Assembly: GCA_045804245.1 (NCBI GenBank)
Contig: JBJMNN010000196.1
Location: forward strand, 4,665-68,664
Length of the DNA stretch: 64,000 nucleotides
Direction: 5' to 3'
From: Gemmatimonadaceae bacterium
GTDB taxonomy: Bacteria; Gemmatimonadota; Gemmatimonadetes; Gemmatimonadales; Gemmatimonadaceae
The position numbers and the translations under genes were made by a program. Below are positions 62,821 to 64,000 of this stretch, in pieces. The notes beneath the pieces were generated by a model. The model was given only the letters and a program-made list of their open reading frames with translations, searched no databases and had not been told where the DNA came from. How positions within the stretch are numbered: the first letter of the stretch is position 1; each line of letters starts with the position of its first letter.

Positions 62821-64000
62821 CTACGGCCGGCGGACCTGCTGCCGCTCGGTGCCGGCGATCGTAACCTGCATGCCGCGGCCGAGGGTGCCGACGTTGCCGA
62901 CGATGACCTTGTCGCCGTTCTGGAGCCCTTCGGTGACCTGCGCGACGCCGAGCTGCTCGTCGACGGCGCCGAGCTGGACTGGCGCGGGGTTCAGCGTCTT
63001 GCCGTCGATGCGGTAGACGAACGGTTTGCCGTCCTCCTGGCCCTGCCGCAGCGCGGCGGTCGGAATGGCGAGCACGTTCGTCAGCGTCCGAGCCACCACG
63101 CGTCCGGTGGCGAAGGTGCCGCCGCGCAGCGTATTGCCGGGATTGGGGACCTGCACGTACACCGTGACCGCGCGCGTGGCCGGGTCGATCGTCGGGCTGA
63201 CGCGCGCGACCTTGCCGTCGAACCGCCGCGCATCCGCGACGAAGTGGACGACCTGGCCGGCGCGCACCGCGGTCGCCTGGCGCGCGGGCACCGCCGCGGC
63301 CAGCTCGAGCGTCCCGCTCCGCACGATGGTGAACATCGGCGCGCCGCGCGCGAGGTGCACGCCACCGTCGACGAGCCGCTTCTCGACGACGCCGCTCGCC
63401 GGCGCGACGACGCGCGTGTCGCGCGCCTCGTTGCCACTGGCGCGGAGGCGCGCGACCGCGGCGGCGAGCCGCGCGCGGGCGGTGGCCACCGCCTGCTGCG
63501 AGGTCTTGAGGTCGCGCTCGGCGATCGCGCCCGCCTTGAACAGCGACTCGTTCTGCTCGAGCGTCCACTGCGCGTTCGCCAGCTCGGCGTTCGCAGCGAC
63601 GCGGTCGGCCTCGGCGCTCGCGCGGCTGCTCTCCTGCGCACTCGCCTCGAAGCTCGCGAGCAGCTGACCGGCACCGACCTGTTGACCCTCGCGCACGTAG
63701 ACCTGCGTCAGGTCGCCCTCGATCCGCGAGCGCACGTCGATCGTCTCGATCGGGCGCAGGTCGCCGGTGAGCGCGACACCATCCTCGATCGTCATCGGCA
63801 CCACAGTGGCGACGTCGCTCGCCGCGAGCGTGATCGACGGCGCTGGACGTCCGCCAGCGCCACCACCACCGCCACCCGGTCCGCGCGCCGCACCCGCAGC
63901 GCCAGGCGTGCCGCCCTCGCGGCCGCCCCCCGCGGGACCGCCCTGCTGCGCCGCAGAGCCGCTGCGCGTGGCCTCGGCACCGGGGGCCGAGCCGGCCGCG
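62821..64000 (-). CDS. RND efflux periplasmic adaptor (membrane fusion protein); 5' end runs off the window
   Basis: Track ORF 62821..63804 is a GTG-truncated version. My translation of the same frame stays open to position 64000 (…GGGGGGAGGRPAPSITLAASDVATVVPMTIEDGVALTGDLRPIETIDVRSRIEG…). Lipoyl, hairpin and beta-barrel MFP pattern. Confidence 0.85.
   Translation of the reverse strand, partial: AAGSAPGAEATRSGSAAQQGGPAGGGREGGTPGAAGAARGPGGGGGGAGGRPAPSITLAASDVATVVPMTIEDGVALTGDLRPIETIDVRSRIEGDLTQVYVREGQQVGAGQLLASFEASAQESSRASAEADRVAANAELANAQWTLEQNESLFKAGAIAERDLKTSQQAVATARARLAAAVARLRASGNEARDTRVVAPASGVVEKRLVDGGVHLARGAPMFTIVRSGTLELAAAVPARQATAVRAGQVVHFVADARRFDGKVARVSPTIDPATRAVTVYVQVPNPGNTLRGGTFATGRVVARTLTNVLAIPTAALRQGQEDGKPFVYRIDGKTLNPAPVQLGAVDEQLGVAQVTEGLQNGDKVIVGNVGTLGRGMQVTIAGTERQQVRRP

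Noticed and set aside
1-64000. Search by eye for tRNA, rRNA, tmRNA, riboswitch, CRISPR, IS or defence-system genes
   Set aside because: None were recognised. Intergenic regions are short and are explained by promoters, operators and terminators. I cannot exclude small ncRNAs without covariance-model scans (tRNAscan-SE, Infernal/Rfam).

Overview
Very GC-rich bacterial chromosomal segment (about 70% GC by eye, not computed), densely packed with about 58 protein-coding genes. I saw no rRNA, tRNA, CRISPR array, transposase or integrase. The taxon cannot be fixed from sequence alone. Most long ORFs in the six-frame track are antisense artefacts of the GC content, with Arg/Ala/Gly/Pro-rich translations. 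I kept only ORFs with recognisable family motifs or sensible context, and trimmed starts using overlapping stop/start junctions, signal peptides, Shine-Dalgarno sequences and hairpins. Core content: (1) hisG-hisD-hisC-hisH operon on the minus strand. (2) A divergent arginine regulon, argR-argG-argH against argC-argB-argD plus a short GNAT. (3) ispG and two cold-shock genes. (4) DNA and RNA repair genes: a Lig1/LigB-type ATP ligase, HrpB, a split LigD (ligase plus primase-polymerase) and a YhaM-like nuclease. (5) Envelope and proteolysis genes: GH3, M1, M28 and S41 peptidases, a TolB-like propeller, cardiolipin synthase, a desaturase and an RND pump. (6) Regulators: Crp-family, NrtR-like, a GAF histidine kinase and a PAS-GGDEF protein. 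Most interesting observations, in order: (a) a thioredoxin-fold/NHL-repeat gene whose CxxC first cysteine codon is an in-frame TGA followed by a SECIS-like hairpin, a candidate selenoprotein that the ORF track truncates; (b) a 25-codon His-rich leader ORF plus an intrinsic terminator upstream of hisG, a candidate attenuator; (c) a DnaA paralogue lacking domains I and II; (d) a plasmid-type RepA-family gene about 3 kb from it, with both sitting among housekeeping genes; (e) split LigD without Ku, followed by unknown small genes; (f) paired 21-bp palindromes around the NrtR-like gene; (g) two histone-H1-like low-complexity proteins, one with extreme charge segregation; (h) a perfect CRP-consensus box upstream of a lipoprotein cupredoxin. 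I found no obvious multi-gene defence or mobile system. All functional claims rest on motif recognition by eye and need database and experimental confirmation.
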